The position numbers and the translations under genes are program-made. This document shows, piece after piece, positions 22,113 through 39,273 of a DNA stretch of 64,000 nucleotides. Under the pieces are notes generated by a model. It worked only from the letters and a program-made list of their open reading frames with translations, searched no databases and had not been told where the DNA came from. The first letter of the stretch is position 1. Each line of letters opens with the position of its first letter. The stretch is from an uncultured delta proteobacterium. GTDB lineage: Bacteria; Myxococcota_A; Polyangia; Palsa-1104. The stretch lies in assembly GCA_963785725.1 (NCBI GenBank), contig CAWAWS010000039.1:1-64000 (forward strand), in the 5' to 3' direction.

Positions 22113-23225
22113 GCCGGCGCCAGTGCCTCAATGAGCGGGGCGACCGGGCGCCGCGCCACGAGCTCGACCACCGCGGCGGCGGTGAGCGGGCGCGAGCAGG
22201 ATGCCGTTGCGATAGTGGCCGACGGCCACGATGACGCCGTCCAGCGCGGTCCACCCGATGCGCGGCGTGTTGTCGGGCGTGGCCGGCCGCAGGCCGGTGG
22301 CGGCCTCGAGCAGCTCGAGCTCGTCGACGCCCGGCACGATGGCCCGCGCGTCACACAGCAGCTCGTGCACGGCGCCCGCCCGCACCGCGGTGTCCGTGCC
22401 CCGCTCCTCGACCGTGGCGCCCACGACGACCGAGCCATCGCGGCGCGGCACCAGGTACACCGAACGCCCGTGCACCAGGCCGCGCACGGTACGGGCGAGC
22501 AGCGGCACGGGCGTCGCGGCGTCCGGCGACCCGAGGCGCAGGATGTGCCCCTTGACGGCGCGCAGGGAGGGGAGCCCCGCACCGGCGAGCCCGTCGATGG
22601 CGGGGAGGCCCGTGCCGGCCGCCAGGACGACGTGGTCCGCGTCGAGGCGGCGGCCGTCCGCCAGGACGAGCGCGGGCCCGTCTTCGAGCGCTTCCACGCT
22701 GCCCTCGACGAACGACACCCCGCCGCCGCGGCAGGCCTCGGCGAGAGCGGCGAGGAGCGCCCGGTTGTCGACCTGGTGGTCGCCCGGGACCTCGATGCCG
22801 CCGCGCAGGGCGGGGCTGAGCGCGGGGACCAGGCCGCGGCATTCGCTCGCACTGCGGCGGTGCGCCTCGAGGCCGAGCGTGTGCTGGTAGGCGAGGAGGT
22901 CGTCGAGGCTGGCGCGATCGGACGCATCGAGCGCGACCGTGACCGTGCCGGTCGTGTCGTACCCGACGTCGTGACCGGTGGCTTCCTCCAGCGCGGCGGC
23001 GAAGGCGGGCCAGCGTCCGGCGCCCGCCACCAGCAGCGCGGTGAGGGCCGATTCGCCGAACTGCGCCTCGGTGACGGGGGCCAGCATGCCGGCCGCCACC
23101 CACGACGCGCCGTCACGCCCGGGGGCCGGCGCAACCACCGTCACCGCATGTCCGTTGCGTGACAATTCCCACGCACTGGCCAGGCCGATGACCCCGCCCC
23201 CCACGACATGGACGCGCGATCCCAT
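22109..23225 (-). CDS. thiO: glycine oxidase ThiO
   Basis: [28 protein letters not shown]; overlaps thiS. Confidence 0.9.
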
Positions 23226-23325
23226 GTGCCAAGCCTACGAGAGCCGTCGTGTATCCTGGTCTCTCCACTTCGGGCCAACGTCGTCCCGGTATCCGTTCAA
23301 CTTCTCCTCATTCGGAAGGACGCCG

Positions 23326-29427
<6,102 letters not shown>

Positions 29428-29472
29428 GAGCCGGCGATCCCCGGACACCGACCGCTCGGTACTGTGCTTCGC

Positions 29473-30285
29473 ATGCCCTTTACCGACGCCAACGGTGTCT
29501 CGCTGTACTACGAGTGCGAAGGGAGCGGGGAGCGACTGCTGTGCATATCGGGCACCGGGGGTGACCTACGCCAGCAGCCCCGCATGGACGGGCCCCTGGC
29601 CGCCACCTTCGAGGTCCTGGCCTACGACCAGCGCGGGCTCGGGCAGAGCAGCGTGCCCGCCTGGCCCTACGCCATGGCCGATTTCGCCGACGATGCCGCC
29701 GCACTCCTCGACGCCGTGGGCTGGGAGGACTGCCTCGTGATCGGGGTCTCCTTCGGCGGCATGGTGGCCCAGGAGCTGGCCATCCGCCACCCCGAGCGGG
29801 TGCGCCGGCTCGTCCTGGCCTGCACGTCGGCCGGTGGTGCAGGCGGCGCGTCCTATCCGCTGCACAAGCTGGCCGACCTGAGCCCCGAGCAGCGGTCGGA
29901 CGTGCGCCTGGAGCTCATCGACACCCGGTGGGACGAGGCCTGGCGCCGGGCCAACCCCGAGATGGTGCAGCTGCTCGGTGAGCGCATGGGACTCGACGGA
30001 GAGGGAGGCACGCCCGCGCCGGGCCTGACCAATCAGCTGGCGGCCCGGGCCGAGCACGACACGGCCGACCGCCTGGGCTCCATCAGCTGCCCAACCCTCG
30101 TGTGCGGCGGACGCTTCGACGGGATCGCCCCGCCCGCCAACAGCGAGTTCCTGGCCCGCGCCATCCCCGGCGCCCGGCTCGAGATATTCGACGGTGGCCA
30201 CGGCTTCTTCATGCAGGATGCCGCCGCCATCCCGGCGATCGTCGCCTTCCTCGCCGAGGGCGCACCGGAGGCCGACGCGCCGTAG
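29473..30285 (+). CDS. alpha/beta hydrolase
   Basis: [10 protein letters not shown] nucleophile elbow, D and H of the triad. Confidence 0.9.
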   Translation: MPFTDANGVSLYYECEGSGERLLCISGTGGDLRQQPRMDGPLAATFEVLAYDQRGLGQSSVPAWPYAMADFADDAAALLDAVGWEDCLVIGVSFGGMVAQELAIRHPERVRRLVLACTSAGGAGGASYPLHKLADLSPEQRSDVRLELIDTRWDEAWRRANPEMVQLLGERMGLDGEGGTPAPGLTNQLAARAEHDTADRLGSISCPTLVCGGRFDGIAPPANSEFLARAIPGARLEIFDGGHGFFMQDAAAIPAIVAFLAEGAPEADAP

Positions 30286-30295
30286 ATTGCGTCCC

Positions 30296-31938
30296 ATGGA
30301 CCTCACCGCGACACCGGAGTGGAAGGCGCTGGCGGCGCACTACGACGAGATCTCGACGCGGCATCTGCGGGAGCTCTTCGCAGACGATCCCGAGCGGGCG
30401 GACCGCATGACGGCCGGGGCCGCCGACCTCGTCGTCGACTACTCGAAGCAGCGGGCAACGGACGAGACCCTGCGCCTGCTCTTCGACCTGGCCCGGGCGG
30501 CCAAGGTGGAGGAGCACCGCGATGCGATGTTCGCCGGCAAGCACATCAACACGACGGAGGACCGCGCTGTCCTGCACGTGGCGCTGCGCATGCCGCCGGG
30601 CAGCAAGCTGCACGTCGACGGCCAGGACGTCGTCGGGGACGTGCAGGCCGTCCTGGGTCAGATGGGTGACCTCTCCGACCGCATCCGGAACGGGTGCGTG
30701 GACCGGGGCGACGGGCAAGCGGATCGCCGCTGTCGTCAACATCGGGATCGGCGGCTCGGACCTCGGCCCCCACATGGCCACCCTGGCCCTCGCCGATTAC
30801 GCGCAGCCGGGCCTGACGAGCCGCTTCGTGTCCAACGTCGACCCGGTCGATCTGTACTCGGCCACGCACGACCTGGACCCCGAGACGACCCTCTTCGTCG
30901 TCAGCTCCAAGACGTTCACGACGCTCGAGACGCTGACCAATGCCGCAGCGGCCCGGGACTGGCTGCTCGCCGGGCTGGGCAGCGCCGCCGGCGACGACGC
31001 GGTGGCGAAGCACTTCGTGGCGGTGTCGACCAACGCCAAAGGCGTGGCGGCGTTCGGTATCGACACCGACAACATGCTCCAGTTCTGGGACTGGGTCGGC
31101 GGCCGATACTCCTACGACTCCGCCATCGGCTTCTCCCTCATGGTGGCGATCGGCCGCGAGGCCTTCGGCGAGATGCTGGCCGGCTTCCACGCCATCGACG
31201 AGCACTTCCGGACCACGCCCTTGGAGCGAGAACGTTCCTGTCATTCAGGGGATGCTGAACGTCTGGTACAACAATTTCTACGGCGCACAGACACACGCCG
31301 TGTTGCCCTACAGCGACCGCATGGCTCGTTTCCCGGCCTATCTGCAGCAGCTGACCATGGAGTCCAACGGCAAGTCGGTCAAGCTCGACGGCACGCCCGT
31401 CACGGGGCAAACGGGGGAGATCTTCTGGGGCGAGCCGGGCACCAACGGGCAGCACGCCTTCTACCAGTTGCTCCATCAGGGCACGAAGCTGGTCCCCGCC
31501 GACTTCATCGCCTTCGCCGAATCCACCCACGACACGGGGGACCAGCAGGATCTTCTGATGGCCAACTGCCTCGCCCAGACGAAGGCGCTGGCCTTCGGCA
31601 AGACGGCGGAGGAGATCGCCGCGGAGGGGACACCGGCCGCCCTGGTGCCCCACAAGGTGATGCCGGGCAACCGGCCGAGCTCGACCATCCTCGCCCCGAA
31701 GGTCACGCCGTCCGTCCTGGGTCAGCTCGTGGCCCTCTACGAGCACACCGTGTTCGTCGAGGGCAGCATCTGGGGCATCGACTCGTTCGACCAGTGGGGC
31801 GTCGAGCTCGGGAAGGCGATGGCCAACGAGCTGGCGCCGATCCTCACCGATACCGCGGCGCCCGATCTCGCGGGTCAGGACTCGTCGACCGCCTCTTTGG
31901 TGCGGCAGTACCGGGGACTGCGGGGCCGCGCCGTCTGA
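30296..31938 (+). CDS. pgi: glucose-6-phosphate isomerase (frameshifted)
   Basis: [46 protein letters not shown]. Confidence 0.97.
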
Positions 31939-31953
31939 GCAGATTCGGGTCGG

Positions 31954-32392
31954 TCAGGCCCGCGTCTCTATGCCGTGCAGGGGCTGCCGCGGCATGAGGC
32001 CGCGCCATGCGGTCGGCAGCGTGCGGCCCAGCCGGCCGATCTCCTCGAGGTGCGCTTCGGAGAGTGCCTCGAGCCGCTTGCTCGCCCGCCGCGGTGAGCT
32101 GCAGGCGGACGATCCGATGGTCGTGCGGGTCGCGTACCCGCTTGACCAGCTTGGCCGCCACCGCCCGGTCCACCAGCCCGACGGCGCTGTGGTGGCGCAG
32201 CAGGAGGTAGTCGGCGACCTCACCGACGGTCGGGCCGCGGCGGTCAGGGTGCCCCCGGATGGCGAGCAAGAGCTGCTGCTGCGCCGGCGTCAGTCCCGCC
32301 GCCTCAGCCTGCTGCTCGCTCCAGCGCACAAAGCGCCGCAACCCGGTCCGCAGGGCCAGCAGATCCTCGTAGTCGGCGTCTCGCAGAACCAT
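31954..32392 (-). CDS. MarR-family regulator (frameshift near 3' end)
   Basis: [34 protein letters not shown]. Confidence 0.85.
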
Positions 32393-32614
32393 CGTCCTAC
32401 GATACTCTCGTGACACGATAGAGGGCGGGATGCCGCGCCGACGTGTCCCGGCCCGCCTCTGGCCGCATACTTGTGCCGTGGCTCCATGAGGCAAGTGGCC
32501 GAGGTCCGGCCGGATGGAGCCGCTCCAGTTGACAGCCTCGTCGGAGTTATAGCGTCGGGTTCATGAGCAACACATCCGGAGGCCGGCCCCACAAGACCCG
32601 AGACGCCAGCGGCG

Positions 32615-33146
32615 GTGTGCGAGCTTGGAGACTTCGAGGCTCGTGCCCTCTTGGAGGCGCTGGATCGTCGAAGAGTGGAGGAGGAACTGAGTTGGCCTCA
32701 GGTTGCCGAAGCGATATGGGCGCAGTCCTACGAGCTCAACGACCGTCGTCACGACCACCCCATCGCCGTCGAGACGATTATCGGAATGCAGAAGCGGAAC
32801 AACATCTCCTGCCAGCATGCACTGTTCATGCTCCGCTGGATCGGTCGCGCCCCCGAGGAGCTCATTGCACATCCCGTCGAGGGCAGCATTGGGGTTGCAC
32901 TCCCAGCCGCCGGACCGGACCGTCGACTCCGTTGGAACCTGGGTGCACTCTACGAGGCTATGGACGCCCATCGTCGCGAAGAGCGTCTCACTTGGAACGC
33001 GTTGGCGGACCTGCTGTGACTGCACCCACAGCCAATTGACTGGCATCAAGAGGGCCCGATTCGCCGTCGGAATGCGCCTCGCCATGCGCATCACCCAGTG
33101 GCTGGCGCTTCCAGCCTCAGAGTTCATCTACGCAGCCCGTTGGTAG
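32615..33146 (+). CDS. hypothetical protein with internally duplicated XRE-like HTH (frameshift ~33017)
   Basis: ALLEALDRRRVEEELSWPQVA and ALYEAMDAHRREERLTWNALA repeats. Confidence 0.6.
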
Positions 33147-33155
33147 TCGCCTCCG

Positions 33156-33175
33156 CCCGGCCTAGGTAGGGCACC
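33156..33175 (+). repeat. cassette-boundary element (right arm)
   Basis: CCCGGCCTAGGTAGGGCACC, 10 nt after a stop codon. Confidence 0.55.
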
Positions 33176-33278
33176 GATGGCCCTGGTGATTCCCCCCTCG
33201 TACTGTGATGTCATGGACTGCGCAATACCCGGACCCGATGACTGAGCACATCGAGAGAGCTCAGGAAGGACGAAGCTC

Positions 33279-34139
33279 ATGAGTGAGATGATGCCGGCTG
33301 CATTCCTCGGGCACGGGAGCCCGATGAACGCGTTGGATCACAACGGCTACACCGAAGCGTGGCGTGCATTTGGGGAATCGGTACCACGACCTCGTGCGAT
33401 CCTGGCTGTCTCCGCACATTGGTACGTCAACGCGTCGGCCGTTACGGCCATGAAACAACCTAAGACCATCCACGACTTCTATGGGTTCCCCGATGAGCTC
33501 TTCGCGGTGCAGTATCCCGCCGCTGGCGACCCCGGCCTTGCGGAGGAGGTGGCCGAGGTGGTCAACCCCACCTGGATCGGCTTGGACCACGACAGCTGGG
33601 GCATTGACCACGGCGCCTGGTCGGTCCTCGTGCACGCGTTCCCTCAAGCCGACATTCCCGTCGTCCAGCTATCGATCAATGCAGAAAGGCCACTCGAGTA
33701 CCACTTCGAACTCGGGGCGAAGCTCGCACCGCTGCGTCGACGCGGCATCCTCATCGTCGCCAGCGGCAACGTAGTCCACAATCTGCGTCGCATCGACTGG
33801 AACCAGCCCGACGGCGGGTTCGATTGGGCTCATCGCTTCGATGACGACGCTCGTGAACACATGACCACATCACCGGCAGGGATTCTTGGCCTGCGCGATC
33901 ACCCTGATTTCCCGAACGCGGTTCCCACGCCCGACCATTTCCTCCCGCTCCTGTATCTCGCGGGACTGGCCGCGGCGACGGGATCCATCACCGACGTGCT
34001 CGTTGACGGCTACGCCTATGGATCGCTGTCGATGACGGCCTTCACGCTCGATGCCAATTGCCCGCAGCAAGGGCGTTCTGGCCCTGCCGCCCCGCTGCCA
34101 AGTCCTCATTTGGTCCCGACGGACGACACCAACACGTAG
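33279..34139 (+). CDS. ygiD: 4,5-DOPA dioxygenase extradiol (LigB family)
   Basis: [42 protein letters not shown]. Confidence 0.93.
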   Translation: MSEMMPAAFLGHGSPMNALDHNGYTEAWRAFGESVPRPRAILAVSAHWYVNASAVTAMKQPKTIHDFYGFPDELFAVQYPAAGDPGLAEEVAEVVNPTWIGLDHDSWGIDHGAWSVLVHAFPQADIPVVQLSINAERPLEYHFELGAKLAPLRRRGILIVASGNVVHNLRRIDWNQPDGGFDWAHRFDDDAREHMTTSPAGILGLRDHPDFPNAVPTPDHFLPLLYLAGLAAATGSITDVLVDGYAYGSLSMTAFTLDANCPQQGRSGPAAPLPSPHLVPTDDTNT

Positions 34140-34310
34140 GGAGCACCTCCGAACACAAGACACTTGTGCCCAGGTCAGCCTCGAGCTGGCGGGCCATGCA
34201 TCATCGAACTGAGGCAGGGTGACCGTCGTAGCCCGCTGCCTCCCTTCGTGGGACCGCTCACGCCACGGCCAAAAGACGACACCCAGGACGGCGTTGTCCG
34301 TGACCATCGG

Positions 34311-34367
34311 CGGATGCCACGTTCCGGGCGAGCCAGTTACGCCCCAGGCCCGGCGTTTAGGGGACAC
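34311..34367 (+). repeat. cassette-boundary hairpin
   Basis: GGATGCCACGTTCCGGG...CCCGGCGTTTAGGGGACAC; contains the ASCH stop codon. Confidence 0.65.
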
Positions 34368-34803
34368 AGACAGTTGGCCCATCGTGCACTCGCTCAACGA
34401 CGCGAAATCGTTCAAGGACGACGGGGGTGTTGTCCTCGATCGTGAACGTGGGATCACCGAGCGCCTGCCGCATTTCGTCGCCGTGCCAACCCCTCTCGTG
34501 TGCGACCCGCCATTCGGCAACGGAGGTGAATCCCTCCGCTTCGTCAACGGCGTGACCTACGCCGACATCGCTGAGCGGGACCACGGCGACACTTGTGATC
34601 TCAATGACCGCGACCGGCCGGTTGTCTGAGTCAACCACCACCGATCGCCGGCCGGGTACTGGGAGTGGAGTGCCGTCCAGATCATATTCCCGCAGAAGAC
34701 TCGTCGTCGCGACCTTTTGACCACCGAGCACAGCGGACACCAGCGCATCTCGCAGAGGCCCCGGGAATGCAAACTCAGTAAGGGGCAGGTTCTCGTGAGT
34801 CAC
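34357..34803 (-). CDS. ASCH-domain protein
   Basis: EFAFPGPLRDAL, GQKVATTSL, HAVDEAEGF. Confidence 0.88.
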   Translation of the reverse strand: MTHENLPLTEFAFPGPLRDALVSAVLGGQKVATTSLLREYDLDGTPLPVPGRRSVVVDSDNRPVAVIEITSVAVVPLSDVGVGHAVDEAEGFTSVAEWRVAHERGWHGDEMRQALGDPTFTIEDNTPVVLERFRVVERVHDGPTVCVP

Positions 34804-34804
34804 G

Positions 34805-34932
34805 CAGCCCACGGTACCGCGGGCTGCGCTCCGAACTGGTGTACTGGGGCATTTAGCCGCTCTGGTCACGGCGGGAAGGGACACATCAGGCAGCACCAAT
34901 AGTGTCGCCCCAGCCCGGCATTCGGGGACACC
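34805..34932 (+). repeat. three tandem cassette-boundary elements
   Basis: CAGCCCACGGTACC...GGTGTACTGGGGCA (34805-34851), CGGCGGGAAGGGACAC (34869-34884), GTGTCGCCCC...CCCGGCATTCGGGGACACC (34902-34932). Confidence 0.65.
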
Positions 34933-35002
34933 TTCGGGACCTCAACGCGTCGGTTCGTTCGATGAAAACGGCCGGTTGGAGGGAGCGGTGCAAGATGACC
35001 GA

Positions 35003-35998
35003 CTACGGCACGACCTTTGCTCCACCAATGGGCACGATATCGACGCGATAGATAGCTTCCGACTCATGCCTTAGGCCCGAAACAGTGATGTCGCGAACGA
35101 GTGAGGTGACCTGATCTCCGCGTAGGTTGTCGTCGATCTCAAGGTGGGCGATCACCCAAAGTCGGTTTGGACCGACGAACGTGACGAGCAGCTCGCGAAT
35201 GGCGGTCACTCCAGGGTACCCAAGGAGAAACGTCCGGAACGCCTCCTCGTCAGTCGGTTGGAATGGCTGGGTAACCGGTGGCAACACCCAGCGCCTGGGG
35301 GGCTGCGGAGCCGGGGAGGTGAGCAACCAGGCGCCGACCAGGAAATCGTGACTGCGTTGGATGAGCCGACCCCCGGTATGGATGAGCATCACTCCGATGA
35401 GCACGGCAACGATCCCCTGGGGGATCGACGATCCGGTGATCTGATTGAGGCCCAAGGCGGCGAACGCCATCAAATCTCCCAGGACTGACACCGAATCTTG
35501 CATAAACACGGTCCTCAGACTGGGGTCGGACGTCGCCTGGGACTCGCTGAGGAGACTCACGTTCCGGCGGCGCGCTCGGTTGCTCATCTGACCGGCGGAC
35601 TGGCGAAATGAAGTCAGATCAAAGACAGTGGCGATCGCAAGCACGACATAGGCCACGACGAATCGAGAGGTCACGCTTGGGTGGATCAGCTCTTCGATAC
35701 CCTCGCGCAAGGAGAACAGCGCACCGGCAACCAGCACACCGAGTGCCACAAGCAGCGTCCAAAAGTAGATCTCCCGCCCGTAGCCCAACGGATGTCGGTC
35801 GTCGCGATCTCGGGTGCTGCGGTACTGAGCGATGACGAGGAAGACACCGGTGGCGACATCGGTGAGTGAGTGCGCGGCCTCGGCTGCCATTGCGGCTGAA
35901 CCCGTCAAGACCGCGGCGCCGGCCTTGGCGAGTCCGATCCCGAAGTCCGCCGCTAGAGCTACCCAAATGGTCCGTGTGGTGCTTTCGTTTGACATCAT
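35003..35998 (-). CDS. cation diffusion facilitator transporter
   Basis: SAAMAAEAAHSLTD, HPLGYGREIYFW, DPSLRTVFMQD. Confidence 0.88.
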   Translation of the reverse strand: MMSNESTTRTIWVALAADFGIGLAKAGAAVLTGSAAMAAEAAHSLTDVATGVFLVIAQYRSTRDRDDRHPLGYGREIYFWTLLVALGVLVAGALFSLREGIEELIHPSVTSRFVVAYVVLAIATVFDLTSFRQSAGQMSNRARRRNVSLLSESQATSDPSLRTVFMQDSVSVLGDLMAFAALGLNQITGSSIPQGIVAVLIGVMLIHTGGRLIQRSHDFLVGAWLLTSPAPQPPRRWVLPPVTQPFQPTDEEAFRTFLLGYPGVTAIRELLVTFVGPNRLWVIAHLEIDDNLRGDQVTSLVRDITVSGLRHESEAIYRVDIVPIGGAKVVP

Positions 35999-36072
35999 CC
36001 GGCCCTTCTTGGGATCGCCTTGATCTTCGGGGGTCACAGGGTCATCGTAGAAAGGCGCCGAGGGCGGATACC

Positions 36073-36124
36073 GGTATCCCCCTTGTGCCGCAGGGTGTCA
36101 CCCGAGCCCGGCGTTCAGGGCTAC
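36073..36124 (+). repeat. cassette-boundary hairpin
   Basis: GGTATCCCCCTTGTGCCGCAGGGTGTCACCCGAGCCCGGCGTTCAGGGCTAC. Confidence 0.75.
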
Positions 36125-36132
36125 TAAATCAA

Positions 36133-36570
36133 TCAACTTGCGACATCTGCCGCTGACACGATCCGATCTGGGTGGAGTCGGACGAGAAGCTCTCCCTCGA
36201 CACCGTTACGAGCGCCGAATTCGTCGGCCCGACTCTTTCCCATGTAGCGGCCGCCGATGATTGTGGCCCACCTGCCAACCTCTTCTAGGTCTTCGGAAAG
36301 AACTACAGACCCTTCGATCGTTACGAACGAATACGGAGCTCGATCATCTTGGACGCAAAGAGCGGCAAGGTGCGTTCGGGCGAGGTTTCGACCCTTCACG
36401 GTATCTCTGCCTGTATTGAAGACGATGTCCCCGTTGTCGTCGGTCACAAACCAAACTGGAGCGACGTGTGGCCGGCCATCGGCGCGGGTGGTGGCGAGCG
36501 TCCCTGGGCGAGCTGGGTGAGACGCAAGAAAGCTATTCACTTCGTGGTTAGTCATCAGATGGTAGGCCAT
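36133..36570 (-). CDS. PPOX-class F420-dependent oxidoreductase
   Basis: LATTRADGRPHVAPVWF, TVKGRNL, YMG...FGARN. Confidence 0.9.
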   Translation of the reverse strand: MAYHLMTNHEVNSFLASHPARPGTLATTRADGRPHVAPVWFVTDDNGDIVFNTGRDTVKGRNLARTHLAALCVQDDRAPYSFVTIEGSVVLSEDLEEVGRWATIIGGRYMGKSRADEFGARNGVEGELLVRLHPDRIVSAADVAS

Positions 36571-36660
36571 CAAGCCGTTCTAGCGCGGGGACGTTCGGAC
36601 GTGTCGCTTCCGCAAACTAGGGCCACTCGGGCACCCAATGACTGGCCGACAAGTGTGGAA

Positions 36661-36696
36661 GTGTCCCACCCTCCCTGCTGCAATGTACTGGGCTAG
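36661..36696 (+). repeat. degenerate cassette-boundary hairpin
   Basis: GTGTCCCA...GTACTGGGCTAG. Confidence 0.5.
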
Positions 36697-36789
36697 TCAA
36701 CGACCCCACCGATAAATCGCCTCAGCGCGCTCAGGTAGCCGCCAGTGCCCGAGAGGCGGACGAGCTAGTCGCCGCTGGCCGCTTCCTGG

Positions 36790-37056
36790 TTAGTCTTTGA
36801 GTATGACGTTGTGAACTTCCGTGAGCTCGTCAACCTTGACACCCGGGACGTTCGGCTTCACATTGTTGCCGAACCAGTTCTGGAAGTCGTCACGGGTCTC
36901 CCATATCTCAGATACGTGAAACTCGCCGTCTCTCAGGAAGGCTACGTGGGCGACGAAACCCGCCGCGGCCAGAAGAGGGGGCGTCAGATGCTCTGAGACC
37001 TTGTCGTACGAATCCGTCGTCATTCCTGAGACAGACAGCCTCGCCAATACCGACAT
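36790..37056 (-). CDS. small dimeric alpha+beta barrel (ABM-like) protein
   Basis: GFVAHV...EIWET...EVHNV; paralogs at 60053 and 61909. Confidence 0.7.
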   Translation of the reverse strand: MSVLARLSVSGMTTDSYDKVSEHLTPPLLAAAGFVAHVAFLRDGEFHVSEIWETRDDFQNWFGNNVKPNVPGVKVDELTEVHNVILKD

Positions 37057-37188
37057 GTTCGCTCCTCAGGCTCGTGGCTCATGTACTGCGAAATGGACCC
37101 TACTCATATGAACCACCTCATGCACCAGGTGTTTCAGGTGCATCCACTTGTGGGCAAATCTGGGTGAACTTCGGTCGAGATTATTAGC

Positions 37189-37234
37189 TGCCCCAGTTGT
37201 GCCTGCCGTCCCACCTTCCCCGCGATGTGGGGCA
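37189..37234 (+). repeat. cassette-boundary hairpin
   Basis: TGCCCCAGTTGTGCC...CCCCGCGATGTGGGGCA; perfect 7-bp outer arms. Confidence 0.75.
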
Positions 37235-37387
37235 AGCGGGAACATTTCGCTGTGGAGGTTGCTGACGGCCGAAGTGCGACCGCCAGAGCTCAAATTCCTC
37301 CAAGTCAGGCGTATCGATTCCCCCAGCGAGTCGGCGGAGGTATCACCCAATTCCCGTTCTGACTCAAAAAAGCATGGAGCCACGACC

Positions 37388-38464
37388 ATGGCCAATTTGA
37401 GCTTGTCCAATCGACCTGCACGCATTGTTCGGGTAACGGTGTTGATTGTAGGGATCCTGACAATAGGGGCGCTGCTTGGCATTGGAGGAGTGAAGGCTGC
37501 CCACGAGCTCCACGGCCCGCCACCTCCGCCGGTCGCTCAGTACTCGGCAGGCTACGGCCTCGATGGACCGGTAGCAGCGTCGATGGTGGGTTCTGACCTC
37601 TTTGTTGCGAATGAGTCGGGAAACTCCGTGACCGAAGTCAACGCCTCGTCCGGCGCTCACGTCGCAACGATTGCCGGCCGTTCCTTTGGATTGGACCAGC
37701 CAAGGGCGATTATTTCCGACGGACCCGCCCTGTTCGTTGCCAACGGTGCCAGCAATACAGTCACCGAGATTGATCCCACCAACCGCTCTCTCATCCGAAC
37801 TATCTCAGGGTTTTCTGATCCCCTTGCCCTCGCGGCCGAGAGCGCACGCATATATGTCCTGAACGGCACCGGGTCAGTTACAGAGGTGTCCGCAAGAACG
37901 GGCAGTCTTCTTGGAGTTGCCTCGGGTAACCAGTTTGGATTCAGCACGCCCGGGGGGATTGTTGCGGCTGGTGACCATCTGTTCGTGACAAACGAAGCCG
38001 CAAACTCCGTCACCGAGATCAACGATCGATCAATGAAGTTGGTGACCATATTGCAGGGGCCTAGTTACAAGTTCCGCAAGCCGACGGGAGCAGCCGTCGT
38101 AGGCGGTGACTTGTGGGTGACGAACCAAACGGGTGACTCGGTCACGGAGATCGCGACCAACACAGACGAGGTGACGCGAGTGGTAATCGACCACACGAAT
38201 CTCCCGACTCCAGGACCGATCGCCGTTGGCGACGGATACGTGTTTACCGTCAGCCCACCCGGAAACTCTCCCATGGTGAGCCAAATAACATCCACCGATG
38301 GAGCCGTTGCCTGGATGATGTGCAATACCAACGGTGCGTATCTGTTCAATGACCCTCAGGCCGCGGTTGTGGCGGGCTCGAGCCTTTGGGTAGTGAGCAA
38401 GGGAGGCAACTCCCTCACGCAGATGAACACCGATTCTGGAGCGCTCATTCGCACCATCTCGTAG
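37388..38464 (+). CDS. membrane-anchored beta-propeller (YncE/NHL-like)
   Basis: N-terminal TM segment, repeats LFVANxxxNSVTEI. Confidence 0.8.
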   Translation: MANLSLSNRPARIVRVTVLIVGILTIGALLGIGGVKAAHELHGPPPPPVAQYSAGYGLDGPVAASMVGSDLFVANESGNSVTEVNASSGAHVATIAGRSFGLDQPRAIISDGPALFVANGASNTVTEIDPTNRSLIRTISGFSDPLALAAESARIYVLNGTGSVTEVSARTGSLLGVASGNQFGFSTPGGIVAAGDHLFVTNEAANSVTEINDRSMKLVTILQGPSYKFRKPTGAAVVGGDLWVTNQTGDSVTEIATNTDEVTRVVIDHTNLPTPGPIAVGDGYVFTVSPPGNSPMVSQITSTDGAVAWMMCNTNGAYLFNDPQAAVVAGSSLWVVSKGGNSLTQMNTDSGALIRTIS

Positions 38465-38528
38465 CTGGCTGCGCACCACCGCACCTGCCATTGCCTGTAA
38501 CCGAGCGGGACTTCTTTTGCTCCTAGGA

Positions 38529-38585
38529 CTATCCCCACGGTGCCTGCATGGTGCGCCCATCCCGGCAGCGAACTGGGCTACCCCC
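38529..38585 (+). repeat. cassette-boundary hairpin
   Basis: CTATCCCCACGGTGCC...CCCGGCAGCGAACTGGGCTACCCCC. Confidence 0.75.
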
Positions 38586-38644
38586 GACCCTGAGGGCAGG
38601 CCGCCAGCTCGATCCCGCCGCTCTGACCACGCGAGGATGGTCCC

Positions 38645-39184
38645 GTGACGCCGGTGGTTCTGATTCGTCACGCCGAGCCGCTCATGACCGGAGAGACGCC
38701 GGGAGCCGAGTGGCCTCTGACCGAAGAGGGCAGGAAAGAGGCAGCCGCGCTGGGAAGGAGTCTCACCCGCCGATCTGCGAGCACAATCGTCTTGACGAGT
38801 CCTGAGCGCAGAGCCCGCGAAACTGCTGCGCTGTCCCTCCCTTCAGTGGTCGCGGAGATCAGGGATCAGCTCAGGGAGGTGATGAAACCGTGGTATGCCT
38901 CAGCCGCCGAGCACACGAACGCCGTAGCAAGAAACCTGAAGGGCGAAACGGTTGAGGGATGGGAACGTCGTGAAGACGTGATCAGCCGGATTGCGCTACT
39001 GAAGCCCGACTTTGGATCCTCAAAGCACCTTGTTTTGGTGAGCCACGGCTTGCTCCTCACGACTTGGCTTGACCACGAGATAGGACTGAGCGATCCCTTG
39101 TCGTTTTGGTCCGAGCTAAGGATTCCCGACGCTTGGGCGGTCGATTTCGAGGACAAGTCGCTTGAGCGGATCGCTGACCGTTAA
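38645..39184 (+). CDS. histidine phosphatase family protein
   Basis: LIRHAE, TSPERRARETA, VSHG. Confidence 0.85.
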   Translation: MTPVVLIRHAEPLMTGETPGAEWPLTEEGRKEAAALGRSLTRRSASTIVLTSPERRARETAALSLPSVVAEIRDQLREVMKPWYASAAEHTNAVARNLKGETVEGWERREDVISRIALLKPDFGSSKHLVLVSHGLLLTTWLDHEIGLSDPLSFWSELRIPDAWAVDFEDKSLERIADR

Positions 39185-39273
39185 GTAGCGACCGCTTTGG
39201 AATTAGGAGCAATCTGGGTGAGGTCTTGGGCCTGCACCAACTAGCTTCTCCCACACGGATCTGAGAGGAGCGA

